Below are positions 25,001-33,506 of a stretch of DNA of 64,000 bases, in pieces. Under the pieces are notes generated by a model, which had not been told where the DNA came from, did no database searches, and worked only from the letters and a program-made list of their open reading frames with translations. Source of the DNA: Bacteroidota bacterium. GTDB taxonomy: Bacteria > Bacteroidota > Bacteroidia > NORP154. Numbering within the stretch: position 1 is the stretch's first letter; every line of letters starts with the position of its first letter. Where the stretch lies: contig JACZWC010000011.1 of assembly GCA_022572355.1 (NCBI GenBank), positions 3,489 through 67,488 of the forward strand, in the 5' to 3' direction. The position numbers and the translations under genes are program-made.

Positions 25001-26276
25001 TGGTTGCATCTGCACTGAAGTTTGCCACCGGTGGAACAGTATCCGGCAATATCGTAACCGAATAATCTTCGAACTGTCCAAATTGAACATCTGTGCATGG
25101 ATCCGGTGCGGAATTGCCTTGCCAATCTGATCCTACCCGCATCCTAAGCGGGGTTCCGGTAACCGGAGCGCCGGGCACAATTACAGTTCCAGCATGGTTG
25201 GTAAGTGTATTCAGCGACTCGAATACCATTTCCCCGGCCGATAGCACGCCATCATTGTTATAATCAATCCAAACACGGACATTTTCTTCAAAATTAGGGC
25301 CTGTCGTCACTGCGATAGCATAGGATTGGCTCATGGTGATATTGGCAGAGGAAGAACAGGTGTAATCCTGATAGCCGTCAATTCCGTTTGGAGTGGTATT
25401 GTTGATGCTCACAAAGCTCACATTGTAAATACCCATCTGGCAGCAATACCCTGTGGTGGCGGGAGTGCAGGAAGCTGCGATGGGCCCACCCAGGGCAACG
25501 GTGATATAATTGGTAAGTGTAATGGAGTCTGCTCCATTGGTATTGGTGACAGTGAGTGAAACGGAATAGGTTCCATCCGCTGCATAAGTGTGAGTGGGAT
25601 TTTGCACATTGTCTCCGAATCCATCGCCAAAATCCCAGATCCAGGTAGTCGGGCTGTTTACTGATAGATCGTTGAAATTAATAGTTCCACTACAGGTGAA
25701 TGTTGTATTTGCATCAAAATTGGCTATCGGTGGTGAATTATTGGCAACTATGTTAACTGTGTAGTCTTCCGTCTCTCCAAAGTTGAAACCAGTACAGGAT
25801 TGAGTTGCACCCATTGTTTGGTTGTACCTGCATCGAACTCTGAGCCGGGTAGAACCAGGTATGGCCACCGATGAAATGAGAACAGAGTCATTGAACCAGT
25901 TGTTACCGGCAGATGGCGAAGCATAAATAAATTCGTCTACATCATCGAAATCATCATCCTGATTGTAATCGATCCAAACTCCAAAGCCCTGAGGCCACGC
26001 AGCTCCGGCTTGAATGGCAATTGCATATTTTGTGCCGATGGTAACGGTAGTGGATATACCAGTATTGATGTAGCTGGTTGTATTACAATTCGATCCTCCT
26101 GTGTTGAGGTTAGAAATGGTGTTGAAAATAAAATTGTCTATTTCATCGCCATCGCTGCAATCTGCACCCGGAGTGCAATACTGACCTGTACTGGCATTGC
26201 TGAGTATTACCAGCACACAAACGGTTAATATTGGCCTGATCTTCACAAAATACACTGCTGAAAAGTTCGCGAGCAC
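22092..26276 (-). CDS. Secreted GEVED/PKD multidomain protein with T9SS type-A (Por_Secre_tail) C-terminal domain
   Basis: 1394 aa. The track start is GTG 26276, and GTG 26246 (MKIRPILTVCVLVILSNASTGQ) gives a cleaner signal peptide. There are four GEVED-like domains ending in GETEDY, GQFEDY, GQAEDY and GQAEDY, each followed by a PKD domain (WxWDFGDG), then five more PKD domains. The C-terminus (about 22095-22340) reads IFPNPTSGIFTLNL...YTLIIRG. Confidence 0.9.
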   Translation of the reverse strand: MLANFSAVYFVKIRPILTVCVLVILSNASTGQYCTPGADCSDGDEIDNFIFNTISNLNTGGSNCNTTSYINTGISTTVTIGTKYAIAIQAGAAWPQGFGVWIDYNQDDDFDDVDEFIYASPSAGNNWFNDSVLISSVAIPGSTRLRVRCRYNQTMGATQSCTGFNFGETEDYTVNIVANNSPPIANFDANTTFTCSGTINFNDLSVNSPTTWIWDFGDGFGDNVQNPTHTYAADGTYSVSLTVTNTNGADSITLTNYITVALGGPIAASCTPATTGYCCQMGIYNVSFVSINNTTPNGIDGYQDYTCSSSANITMSQSYAIAVTTGPNFEENVRVWIDYNNDGVLSAGEMVFESLNTLTNHAGTVIVPGAPVTGTPLRMRVGSDWQGNSAPDPCTDVQFGQFEDYSVTILPDTVPPVANFSADATITCNGIVNFTDLSTNNPTSWYWDFGDGNSDTIQNPTNTYTIDGIYTVTLIATNQYGSDTLVISNYINVNVSGGGPVPASCTPTSLNYCCGFGIINVTFNTINSTTPNASVGYEDLTCTQGTIVTEGETHAISVDVSGASPGLQNVRVWIDYNNDGNLSNSTELVFSENNTLNASGNITISSGAVLNTPLRMRVASDYDFEPAPLPCADLERGQAEDYSITILANTLSPIAYFSVDNTVSCSGTVQFTDESINVPTFWYWEFGDGNTSNLQNPSHTYAADGVYTVLLYVANGNGGDTLIDSNLITVDLNGGPVAASCAPSTLGYCCGYGIYNVTFNAINNSTGSGIEDYVDFSCSQQTYLTEGQSYAISISTGPSNPQDTRVWIDYNNDGVFDDVTERVLTSDDKFNPTGFIIIPFTAVNDTPLRMRVSSDYSGSAPVPCQDLWYGQAEDYAVYIGIPPTANFSSGDTVFCEGSCISFNDLSTDSATAWSWSFPGGTPSTSTDQFPSNICYNNQGSYSVSLTASNNYGSNSTTVSGLLTVLSCPVPVADFTASSNSFCEGICISYTDISSNNPDTWLWSFPGATPDTSSVENPSSICYPDSGSYLVTLIVSNPNGIDTITKLNFIDVNECFPVAAFSVNDSTICATGCVLFTDLSSNNPTSWSWSFPGANTPTSPAQNPTGICYDTPGTYDVTLVTSNISGSDSITLSSFMNILVCPPPIPNFAPSDSEICEGDCINFNDSSVDAITWSWTFDGATPSSSTDQNPLNICYNSVPGTYNVKLVTANAAGSDSITKTITIDDMTALMTIPDTLLKGIPTVFTESSTPSPVTWTWYFGDGNFANLEAPIYTYSFNGTYTVTLVVINSNGCKDSISKDIIVIEYFGINNTALELDIGIFPNPTSGIFTLNLGDNFSGAYELTIKNILGQAIQAKSLNINGTHSERIDISHEPPGMYTLIIRGSQGQASRKIIKH
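23640..26180 (-). repeat. Alternating GEVED-like / PKD domain pairs (4 GEVED, 3 intervening PKD)
   Basis: Seen in the translation. GEVED units 2-4 open with a conserved ASC(T/A)P...YCC motif and close with G(Q)xEDY. Confidence 0.75.
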
Positions 26277-26348
26277 ACGTTTATATATTATTAAATATAT
26301 ATATAATACACTTAAACGTCAATATTATACGAAGGAAAGCTGAATTGG

Positions 26349-27752
26349 TTATGGGAAAATCTTACCGGGATTCAGGATGTTTTCCGGATCGAAAAGCTGC
26401 TTTATATCACGTTGAATTTTTAGCTCAACTGGGTTAAATGTGATGTCCATATAGTCCTTTTGAACCAGCCCAATTCCATGTTCACCAGATAGGGTGCCGC
26501 CCAAACTTACACAGAGTTCAAATATCTCTCTGATACCCTTGGGCAATTCATTTTCCCATTTGTCGTCGTCCATTTCCCCTTTGATGATATTGACGTGGAG
26601 ATTGCCGTCACCGGCATGTCCATAACAAACGGATTTGAAGCCGTATTTTGCACCAATTTCCTTGACTCCTTTCAGGAGCGCAGGTAATTCGGCCCTGGGA
26701 ACAACAGTGTCTTCCTCTTTGTAGATAGAATTGGATTTTACAGCTTCCGCCACCAGTCTTCTCAGTCTCCAAAGCTCATCCTGCTCTCTGCTATTTTCGG
26801 CGAAAAGAATTTCATCGCATTCAAATTTTTCCAGCACTTCGGTGATCTTTTCACATTCTTTAAAAAGCACGTCCTGGTCAGTCCCGTCAACTTCGATCAG
26901 CAAATGAGCTTCAATCCCGTCCTTGATTTCAAGATTCAGGTCGTCCACAAATTTGAGGGTCCAATCAATGGCATCTCGTTCCATAAATTCCAATCCCGAA
27001 GGAGTGATGCCGGCCCTGAATATTGCCGACACGGCCTCACAAGCTTTTTCTGCAGAGAAAAACGGTGCCAGCATCAACAGTTGTTTGTCGGGATAGGGAA
27101 TTAATTTCAATACAATTTTGGTAACAATGCCCAATGTGCCCTCACTACCGACTATTAATTGAGTGAGGTTATAACCAGTGGAGTTCTTCAGTACGTTGGC
27201 GCCTGTCCAAATAATTTCTCCTGTTGGTAAAACTACCTCGAGATTAAGGACATAGTCACTGGTAACGCCGTATTTTACAGCTTTGGGCCCACCCGCATTT
27301 TCCAACACATTGCCGCCAATAAAACAGGAACCCCTGCTGGATGGGTCAGGAGGATAGAACAAACCTTTCTCTATTACCGCTTCCTGCAAGACTTGTGTTA
27401 TTACTCCGGGTTCTAATTTTATCTGAAGGTTTCGTTCATCGATCTCTATGATCTTGTTTAGCTTTTCAGTTGATAAAACCACACCACCATAAATAGGCAG
27501 GGCTCCTCCACTAAGGCCGGTTCCGGCTCCCCGGGGCGTAACAGGTATCTTCTCCGTATTGCAGATCTTGAGTATTTCAGAGATCTGCTTTTCGTTTTCC
27601 GGAATCAGGACAATTGCAGGGAAGAATTCAAGGTCTTCTGTTTCATCGTGGGCATACTTGGCAAGCAGCTCTTGATCAGAAATTACGGCTCCTTCGCCCA
27701 GTAGTTTCCGGAATTTAATTATAGTAGATTCTGATGGTTGTGCGTGAGTCAC
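26349..27752 (-). CDS. FAD-linked oxidase (GlcD / D-lactate dehydrogenase family)
   Basis: FAD_binding_4 motif PRGAGTGLSGGALP and a C-terminal GGTLSGEHGIGL motif. The track ORF starts at TTG 27824. GVG 27750-27752 is not the reading; the candidate is GTG 27750-27752 (MTHAQPSE...), which gives a typical length of about 467 aa. The start is uncertain. Confidence 0.85.
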   Translation of the reverse strand: MTHAQPSESTIIKFRKLLGEGAVISDQELLAKYAHDETEDLEFFPAIVLIPENEKQISEILKICNTEKIPVTPRGAGTGLSGGALPIYGGVVLSTEKLNKIIEIDERNLQIKLEPGVITQVLQEAVIEKGLFYPPDPSSRGSCFIGGNVLENAGGPKAVKYGVTSDYVLNLEVVLPTGEIIWTGANVLKNSTGYNLTQLIVGSEGTLGIVTKIVLKLIPYPDKQLLMLAPFFSAEKACEAVSAIFRAGITPSGLEFMERDAIDWTLKFVDDLNLEIKDGIEAHLLIEVDGTDQDVLFKECEKITEVLEKFECDEILFAENSREQDELWRLRRLVAEAVKSNSIYKEEDTVVPRAELPALLKGVKEIGAKYGFKSVCYGHAGDGNLHVNIIKGEMDDDKWENELPKGIREIFELCVSLGGTLSGEHGIGLVQKDYMDITFNPVELKIQRDIKQLFDPENILNPGKIFP

Positions 27753-27842
27753 GAAGAAGTATTTTTTAATTACTTTTGGCGATCGTTTTGAGAGAAAAAC
27801 TCCATACTCCCCAATTGCAAACAAATTTAATAATATAATCTG

Positions 27843-30164
27843 ATGCGCAGCTTTGCAATTGACGTTCCAAAATTTACCTTTTTAATCCTGCTGGCGTGTG
27901 CCAATTACGCTTTTGCGCAAGGTCCTCCAAACAAACCAACTGGCAAGACCGAGAAGGTTGGCAAGGACGTTACTTTGAATGATCTTTGGAAGGATTTCAC
28001 TTTCACTTCAGAAACTGTTTACGGATTGAGGTCTATGAAGGACGGGGTACATTACACGGCGCAGGAATCGGATGATCGAGAGTCATTTATTGTGCGATAC
28101 GAGTACAAAACGGGTCAGGTAATAGATACAATGCTTCGGTCTTCGTGGTTAATTCCGGATGGTTCTAAAGACACTTTGACTATCGATGCATATCAGTTTA
28201 GCCCGGATGAAAGCAAAATAATGATTGCCACGGGTACCGAGAAGATATACAGGCACTCTTCCAGGGAGAATAATTATATCTGGGACATCGGTAAAAAGAA
28301 GCTTTCCGTATTAGATGTTGAGGGAAAACAGCGATATGCTACATTTTCTCCAAGTGGCTTGAAAGTGGCCTATATAAAATCCAATAATGTCTTCATAATG
28401 GATTTGGGAAAAGGCAAGAGAACACAGATCACTACAGATGGAGAGTTCAATAAAATAATCAATGGAGCTACGGATTGGGTTTACGAAGAGGAATTTGGCT
28501 TTGACAAAGCGTTTTTCTGGTCGCCTGATGGAAGTAGGATTGCCTATTATAGGTTTGATGAGAGTAAAGTCAAGGAGTTTTCCATGGCCAAATACGGAAG
28601 TCTTTATCCTTTTGAATATAAATTCAAGTATCCTAAAGCCGGGGAACAGAACTCCACGGTGAGTATTCATATTTATAATTTGAAATCGACCAAAGAAGTG
28701 AAATATGAGCTGGATGAGGAATATGAATACATTCCGAGAATCAAATGGACCAATGATCCGAACCTGCTCTCAATTCAGATAAAAAACAGGCACCAAAACA
28801 AAATGCAGCTGCTGACTTTAGATGCTACTTCCGGGGCTGTAGCGGAAATACTGACTGAGTCGTGCAAAACATATTTCGAGGTTACTGATAATCTCACTTT
28901 CCTCAAAGATGGCAAGACATTCATCTGGACCAGTGATCAGGATGGGTATAATCACATTTATCATTACGATTTGCAGGGTAAATTAATACATCAGGTGACG
29001 GTGGGAAATTGGGAGGTAACTGAATTTAAAGGATATGATGAAGAGAGCAATTCACTGTATTACGTCGCGGCCGCCTCAATGATTGAAAATACAACACGGA
29101 TCAGAGAACAAAAAGGAGCTGACTATCAAGTGCATCATCTCACTATAGGATCAACCGACGCTGCTCCATTAGAACGTCACTTATTCGTAACAAATCTGGA
29201 AGGCACTAAAAAGAGGCAGCTCTCCAGCAAAGTTGGGGTTAACACAGCAACTTTTAGTGACGGTTTTAAGTATTACATCAACTATCACTCGAGTGCCAAT
29301 TCCCCTAACTATGTCACCTTGCATCAGTCGAATGGCGAGGAGATCAGGGTGCTGGAAGACAATGCGAAGTTGAAAGAGACTATGGGTGAATTCAATCTGG
29401 CGGAGAAGGAATTCTTCAGTTTTGAAACTTCAGAGAAGGTAGAATTAAATGGCTGGATGATCAAACCAACTGATTTTGATGCCTCAAAAAAGTATCCCGT
29501 TTTAATATATGTATATGGCGGTCCGGGATCCCAGACAGTGCTCGATATATTTGACGTTAGAAATATTTTCTGGTATCAATTGCTTGCACAGAAAGGTTAT
29601 ATAATCGCTTCAGTTGACAACCGTGGTACCGGTGGACGAGGAGCTGACTTTAAGAAGTGTACTTACAAGGAGTTGGGCAAACTCGAAACGGTTGATCAAA
29701 TTGAAGCCGCTAAGTATATTGGGTCATTGCCTTACATCGACAGTGAAAGAGTTGGAATTTGGGGGTGGAGCTATGGCGGCTATATGACTTCACTATGTCT
29801 CGCTAAGGGTGAGGGGTTGTTTAAGATGGGAATAGCTGTGGCGCCTGTAACAAACTGGCGGTTTTATGACACGATTTACACCGAGCGATATATGCAAACC
29901 CCTCAGGAGAATGCGAGTGGATATGATGATAATTCGCCAATAAATCATGTGAAAAACCTACAGGGCAAGTATTTGTTGATACACGGTTCAGCTGATGATA
30001 ATGTACATTATCAGAATACCCTCGAAATGACCAATGCACTGGTCGAAGCAAACAAGCAGTTTGATCTGTTTATATATCCGGACAGAGCACACAGTTTACT
30101 TGGGGGCAATGCGAGGCTGCATCTATACACTAAAATGACGAATTTTATTCTTGCGAATCTGTAA
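27843..30164 (+). CDS. Dipeptidyl-peptidase IV (S9B prolyl oligopeptidase family)
   Basis: 773 aa with a signal peptide. DPP-IV N-terminal propeller region (WSPDG...IAY), the catalytic GWSYGGY serine motif, and downstream D and H (GSADDNVH). Confidence 0.9.
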   Translation: MRSFAIDVPKFTFLILLACANYAFAQGPPNKPTGKTEKVGKDVTLNDLWKDFTFTSETVYGLRSMKDGVHYTAQESDDRESFIVRYEYKTGQVIDTMLRSSWLIPDGSKDTLTIDAYQFSPDESKIMIATGTEKIYRHSSRENNYIWDIGKKKLSVLDVEGKQRYATFSPSGLKVAYIKSNNVFIMDLGKGKRTQITTDGEFNKIINGATDWVYEEEFGFDKAFFWSPDGSRIAYYRFDESKVKEFSMAKYGSLYPFEYKFKYPKAGEQNSTVSIHIYNLKSTKEVKYELDEEYEYIPRIKWTNDPNLLSIQIKNRHQNKMQLLTLDATSGAVAEILTESCKTYFEVTDNLTFLKDGKTFIWTSDQDGYNHIYHYDLQGKLIHQVTVGNWEVTEFKGYDEESNSLYYVAAASMIENTTRIREQKGADYQVHHLTIGSTDAAPLERHLFVTNLEGTKKRQLSSKVGVNTATFSDGFKYYINYHSSANSPNYVTLHQSNGEEIRVLEDNAKLKETMGEFNLAEKEFFSFETSEKVELNGWMIKPTDFDASKKYPVLIYVYGGPGSQTVLDIFDVRNIFWYQLLAQKGYIIASVDNRGTGGRGADFKKCTYKELGKLETVDQIEAAKYIGSLPYIDSERVGIWGWSYGGYMTSLCLAKGEGLFKMGIAVAPVTNWRFYDTIYTERYMQTPQENASGYDDNSPINHVKNLQGKYLLIHGSADDNVHYQNTLEMTNALVEANKQFDLFIYPDRAHSLLGGNARLHLYTKMTNFILANL

Positions 30165-30202
30165 TTACAAATCCAAACCTTTACGAAAACCTATCTGAAA
30201 CT

Positions 30203-31684
30203 ATGGAAAACGAAGAAACATTATTTGGACACCCCAAAGGCTTATTTATTTTATTTTTTACTGAAATGTGGGAGCGCTTTAGCTACTATGGCATGCGGGC
30301 AATTCTTGTTCTCTATCTTATAGGGGAAGTAACAACAGAACATGCGGGATTAGGTTGGACGAGTACTGAAGCGCTGGCGTTGTATGGATGGTACACCATG
30401 CTTGTTTACGTTGCATCAATACCAGGCGGGATACTCGCAGACAGAGTATTAGGGCAGAAAAAAGCCGTATTGATTGGTGGTATTCTGTTGTGTATTGGCC
30501 ATGGTACGTTGGCTATTGATTCTCAAACAGCATTCATGATTGGCCTGTTATTTATTATTCTCGGTGTCGGTTTATTGAAGCCTAACATAAGCACCATGGT
30601 GGGAGGGCTTTACAAAGAGGGTGACGAAAGAAGAGATAAAGGATTTTCGATATTTTATATCGGTATCAATATTGGGGCTGCAGCAGCCAGCATCATAGTA
30701 GGACTTGTTGCCGCCAAATGGGGATGGCATTATGGTTTTGGTTTGGCTGGTATCGGTATGGCTTGCGGGCAGATAATTTTCATGTCTGGTCAAAAGCATC
30801 TCACGGGTGTTGGTGATAAACCTTCGAATATTGCAGACCCTAATGATGTATCCATCGGTCAGTTATTTCAGAATTTATTTAAAGCGCCATTACAATTGTT
30901 AATTACCGGGGTTTTGATGGCTGGTTCAGTCTATATATTGGCATTCGAAAGTATGGGCTACGGGCTGTTATTCATGTTCTTGTCCCTTGTTACAGGAATG
31001 ATGCTCATGATTTATCAGGATATAGATAAGATCGAAAAGGACAGATATGTGGTGCTGCTCCTCTCCTTTATTCTGGTGATAGTCTTTTGGGGTGCTTTTG
31101 AGCAAGCCGGCGGATTAATGAACATTTACACAGAACAAAAAACGAACAGAATGATTTGGGGTATGGAATTTCCAGCTGCGATTATGCAAGCTTTCAATCC
31201 CCTCTATATCATTTTATTGGGCGTTCCAATTGCAGGTTTCTGGTATAGATGGAAATTGATGGGAAAAGAAGCATCCTCCTTGTTTAAAATGGTTATAGGA
31301 CTTATGATCATGGGTAGTGGATTTTTGTTTATGACCGCCGCGTCACTTGAATATGAGCGTGTAGGAGAATCTGCTTTAATTTGGTTGGCCCTTGCTTACT
31401 TGCTTCATACAATTGGTGAACTCTGTGCTTCACCTGTTGCCTTATCCTTTATAACTAAAATTGCTCCTGTGAAATACGCCTCTCTAATGATGGGGGTTTA
31501 TTTTGCGTCAACGGGATTGGGTAATAAAGTTGCAGGAATATTGGGAGAATCCGCTGAAGAATATGGTGAGCTTACAATTTTCACGGGTATTGCGGTTTTT
31601 TGTATTGTATTTGGCCTTTTGGTCTTGTTGATGTTGAAACCATTGAAACGACTCACACACGGCGCAGAAGATTTGAAAGCATAA
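30203..31684 (+). CDS. Proton-dependent oligopeptide transporter (POT/PTR2 family)
   Basis: 493 aa. GHPKGLFILFFTEMWERFSYYGMRAILVLYL carries the ExxERFxYYG POT signature. Confidence 0.9.
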   Translation: MENEETLFGHPKGLFILFFTEMWERFSYYGMRAILVLYLIGEVTTEHAGLGWTSTEALALYGWYTMLVYVASIPGGILADRVLGQKKAVLIGGILLCIGHGTLAIDSQTAFMIGLLFIILGVGLLKPNISTMVGGLYKEGDERRDKGFSIFYIGINIGAAAASIIVGLVAAKWGWHYGFGLAGIGMACGQIIFMSGQKHLTGVGDKPSNIADPNDVSIGQLFQNLFKAPLQLLITGVLMAGSVYILAFESMGYGLLFMFLSLVTGMMLMIYQDIDKIEKDRYVVLLLSFILVIVFWGAFEQAGGLMNIYTEQKTNRMIWGMEFPAAIMQAFNPLYIILLGVPIAGFWYRWKLMGKEASSLFKMVIGLMIMGSGFLFMTAASLEYERVGESALIWLALAYLLHTIGELCASPVALSFITKIAPVKYASLMMGVYFASTGLGNKVAGILGESAEEYGELTIFTGIAVFCIVFGLLVLLMLKPLKRLTHGAEDLKA

Positions 31685-31697
31685 CCATCTAAAAATT

Positions 31698-33275
31698 ATG
31701 CCAGAAGAAAAAACTTTTATGGGGCACCCCATCGGGTTGTTCTACCTATTTTTTGTTGAACTCTGGGAGCGCTTTAGCTACTACGGAATGCGGGCCCTGC
31801 TTGTCCTGTATATCGTCGATGAGTTCTTCCTGGACATGGCAGTTGAAGACAGGAAGATCCTGGCATTCGGAATATTTGGTGCTTACGGATCACTTGTGTA
31901 TGCTACGCCCATCATTGGGGGAATGATAGCTGATAAGTTTATCGGTTTTCGAAAATCCATTTTTCTTGGCGGTTTTATTATGGCATTGGGGCATTTCACC
32001 ATGGCATTTCAGAATGAGGTAACCTTCTATATTGCTTTGGGATTACTGATAGTTGGAAATGGTTTTTTTAAACCCAATATCGCAGCACTGGTGGGAACGC
32101 TTTACGGAGAGAACGATTCCCGAAGAGATGGAGGCTTTACCATCTTTTATATGGGAGTAAACGTGGGCGCCATGTTGTCTCCATTATTGTGCGGATGGCT
32201 GGGACATACTTATGGCTGGCATTACGGATTCGCACTCGCTGGATTTGGAATGGTGTTGGGATTGGCAATTTTTCAGTTGGGCCTGAATAAAGGTATATTG
32301 GGTGATAGGGGATACCAACCAAAGAAGTACAGAGGGAAAAAGGTTGGAGGGCTGTTGGAAGTAGACAAGTTCACCTACCTGGCAGGTTTTGCGGTAGTCC
32401 CGATTTTTGCAATGCTGGTATATTCCAACAATATGATAATATTCGGACAGGGGTTAATGTCGTTTATTCTGATAACGGCTCTGATAGGCGTACTTGGAAT
32501 CATTATTTACAGATGTACACAGGTGTCGCGCGTTGAAGCCCATCGTCTTGTTGTTGTGGTGATTCTGGCATTTTTCATCATGGTTTTCTGGTCGTTTTTT
32601 GAACAAGCGGGTAGCTCATTGACGTTATTCGCCAATGAAAATGTAAACCTGTTCTGGATAGATGCGGCTCAAACCAATGCGATCAATCCCTTCTATATTA
32701 TAATTCTTGCCTTTCCATTTTCAATGCTTTGGTTATATCTGACCAAATTCAAAATGAATCCAAATACTCCAATCAAATCGGCATTGGGTTTGGCGCAATT
32801 AGCCCTTGGTTTCTTCATATTTGCCTATAGCGCGAATTTTATGGATGCAGATGGAAATGTGCCTTTTTTCTTCTTACTGGTGGGATATTTACTGCTGACA
32901 ACTGGAGAGTTGTTCATTTCACCTATTGGCCTATCAAAAGCTACAGAACTATCACCAGCTAAATATGTTTCGTTTATGGTAGCCGTATTTTATATGTCAT
33001 CTTCATTTGCTCATTATGTTGCTGGAGCAATAGCCAAGCTCACCGCAAAATCCGGAGCGGACCAGGAAGGCATGGAGCCTGGCATTATGAATGATATTGT
33101 AAGCTATGTTACCGGATTTGCAAATGGCACTACAGATTCCGTTGTTGAAGGTGTACAACGCCTGGCGGTTTACACATCGGTATTCGCCCAAATAGGAGTG
33201 GTGGCCATGTGCATCGCTTTGGGAGCATTTATCTTATCCCCGGCTATCAAGAAATTGATGCACGGTATTCATTAG
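31698..33275 (+). CDS. Proton-dependent oligopeptide transporter (POT/PTR2 family), paralog
   Basis: 525 aa. GHPIGLFYLFFVELWERFSYYGMRALLVLYI, the same signature as the upstream paralog. Confidence 0.9.
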   Translation: MPEEKTFMGHPIGLFYLFFVELWERFSYYGMRALLVLYIVDEFFLDMAVEDRKILAFGIFGAYGSLVYATPIIGGMIADKFIGFRKSIFLGGFIMALGHFTMAFQNEVTFYIALGLLIVGNGFFKPNIAALVGTLYGENDSRRDGGFTIFYMGVNVGAMLSPLLCGWLGHTYGWHYGFALAGFGMVLGLAIFQLGLNKGILGDRGYQPKKYRGKKVGGLLEVDKFTYLAGFAVVPIFAMLVYSNNMIIFGQGLMSFILITALIGVLGIIIYRCTQVSRVEAHRLVVVVILAFFIMVFWSFFEQAGSSLTLFANENVNLFWIDAAQTNAINPFYIIILAFPFSMLWLYLTKFKMNPNTPIKSALGLAQLALGFFIFAYSANFMDADGNVPFFFLLVGYLLLTTGELFISPIGLSKATELSPAKYVSFMVAVFYMSSSFAHYVAGAIAKLTAKSGADQEGMEPGIMNDIVSYVTGFANGTTDSVVEGVQRLAVYTSVFAQIGVVAMCIALGAFILSPAIKKLMHGIH

Positions 33276-33371
33276 AGTAGTGATTTCTAAATAGGTTTAC
33301 TGTATTAACAATTTATAGTGTTGACTGCGATTGCTGTCAGTATACTATTGTTAAACAATCGTTAGACAATT

Positions 33372-33434
33372 GTTTCACCACCGTCACACTAGGTCTCACC
33401 ATCGTCTCACCACCGTCTCATTACGTCTCACTAT
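33372..33434. repeat. Six helically phased copies (10-11 bp period) of the motif GT(C/T)(T/A)CAC
   Basis: Motif starts at 33372, 33383, 33393, 33404, 33415 and 33425. The four central and 3' copies are exact GTCTCA. The array lies 73 bp upstream of the thioredoxin-fold gene ATG. Confidence 0.8.
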
Positions 33435-33506
33435 ATACTACCAAAGATCATGGCACAATACAAGAGTGGTGCGATTTTTGTAACTTTGATGGTAGAATCG
33501 AAGAAC

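Noticed and set aside
26282-26305. (TA)n-rich stretch upstream of the GEVED/PKD gene as a phase-variable dinucleotide repeat
   Set aside because: Only about 5 uninterrupted AT units sit in generally AT-rich promoter DNA. That is too short to argue for slippage-based switching.
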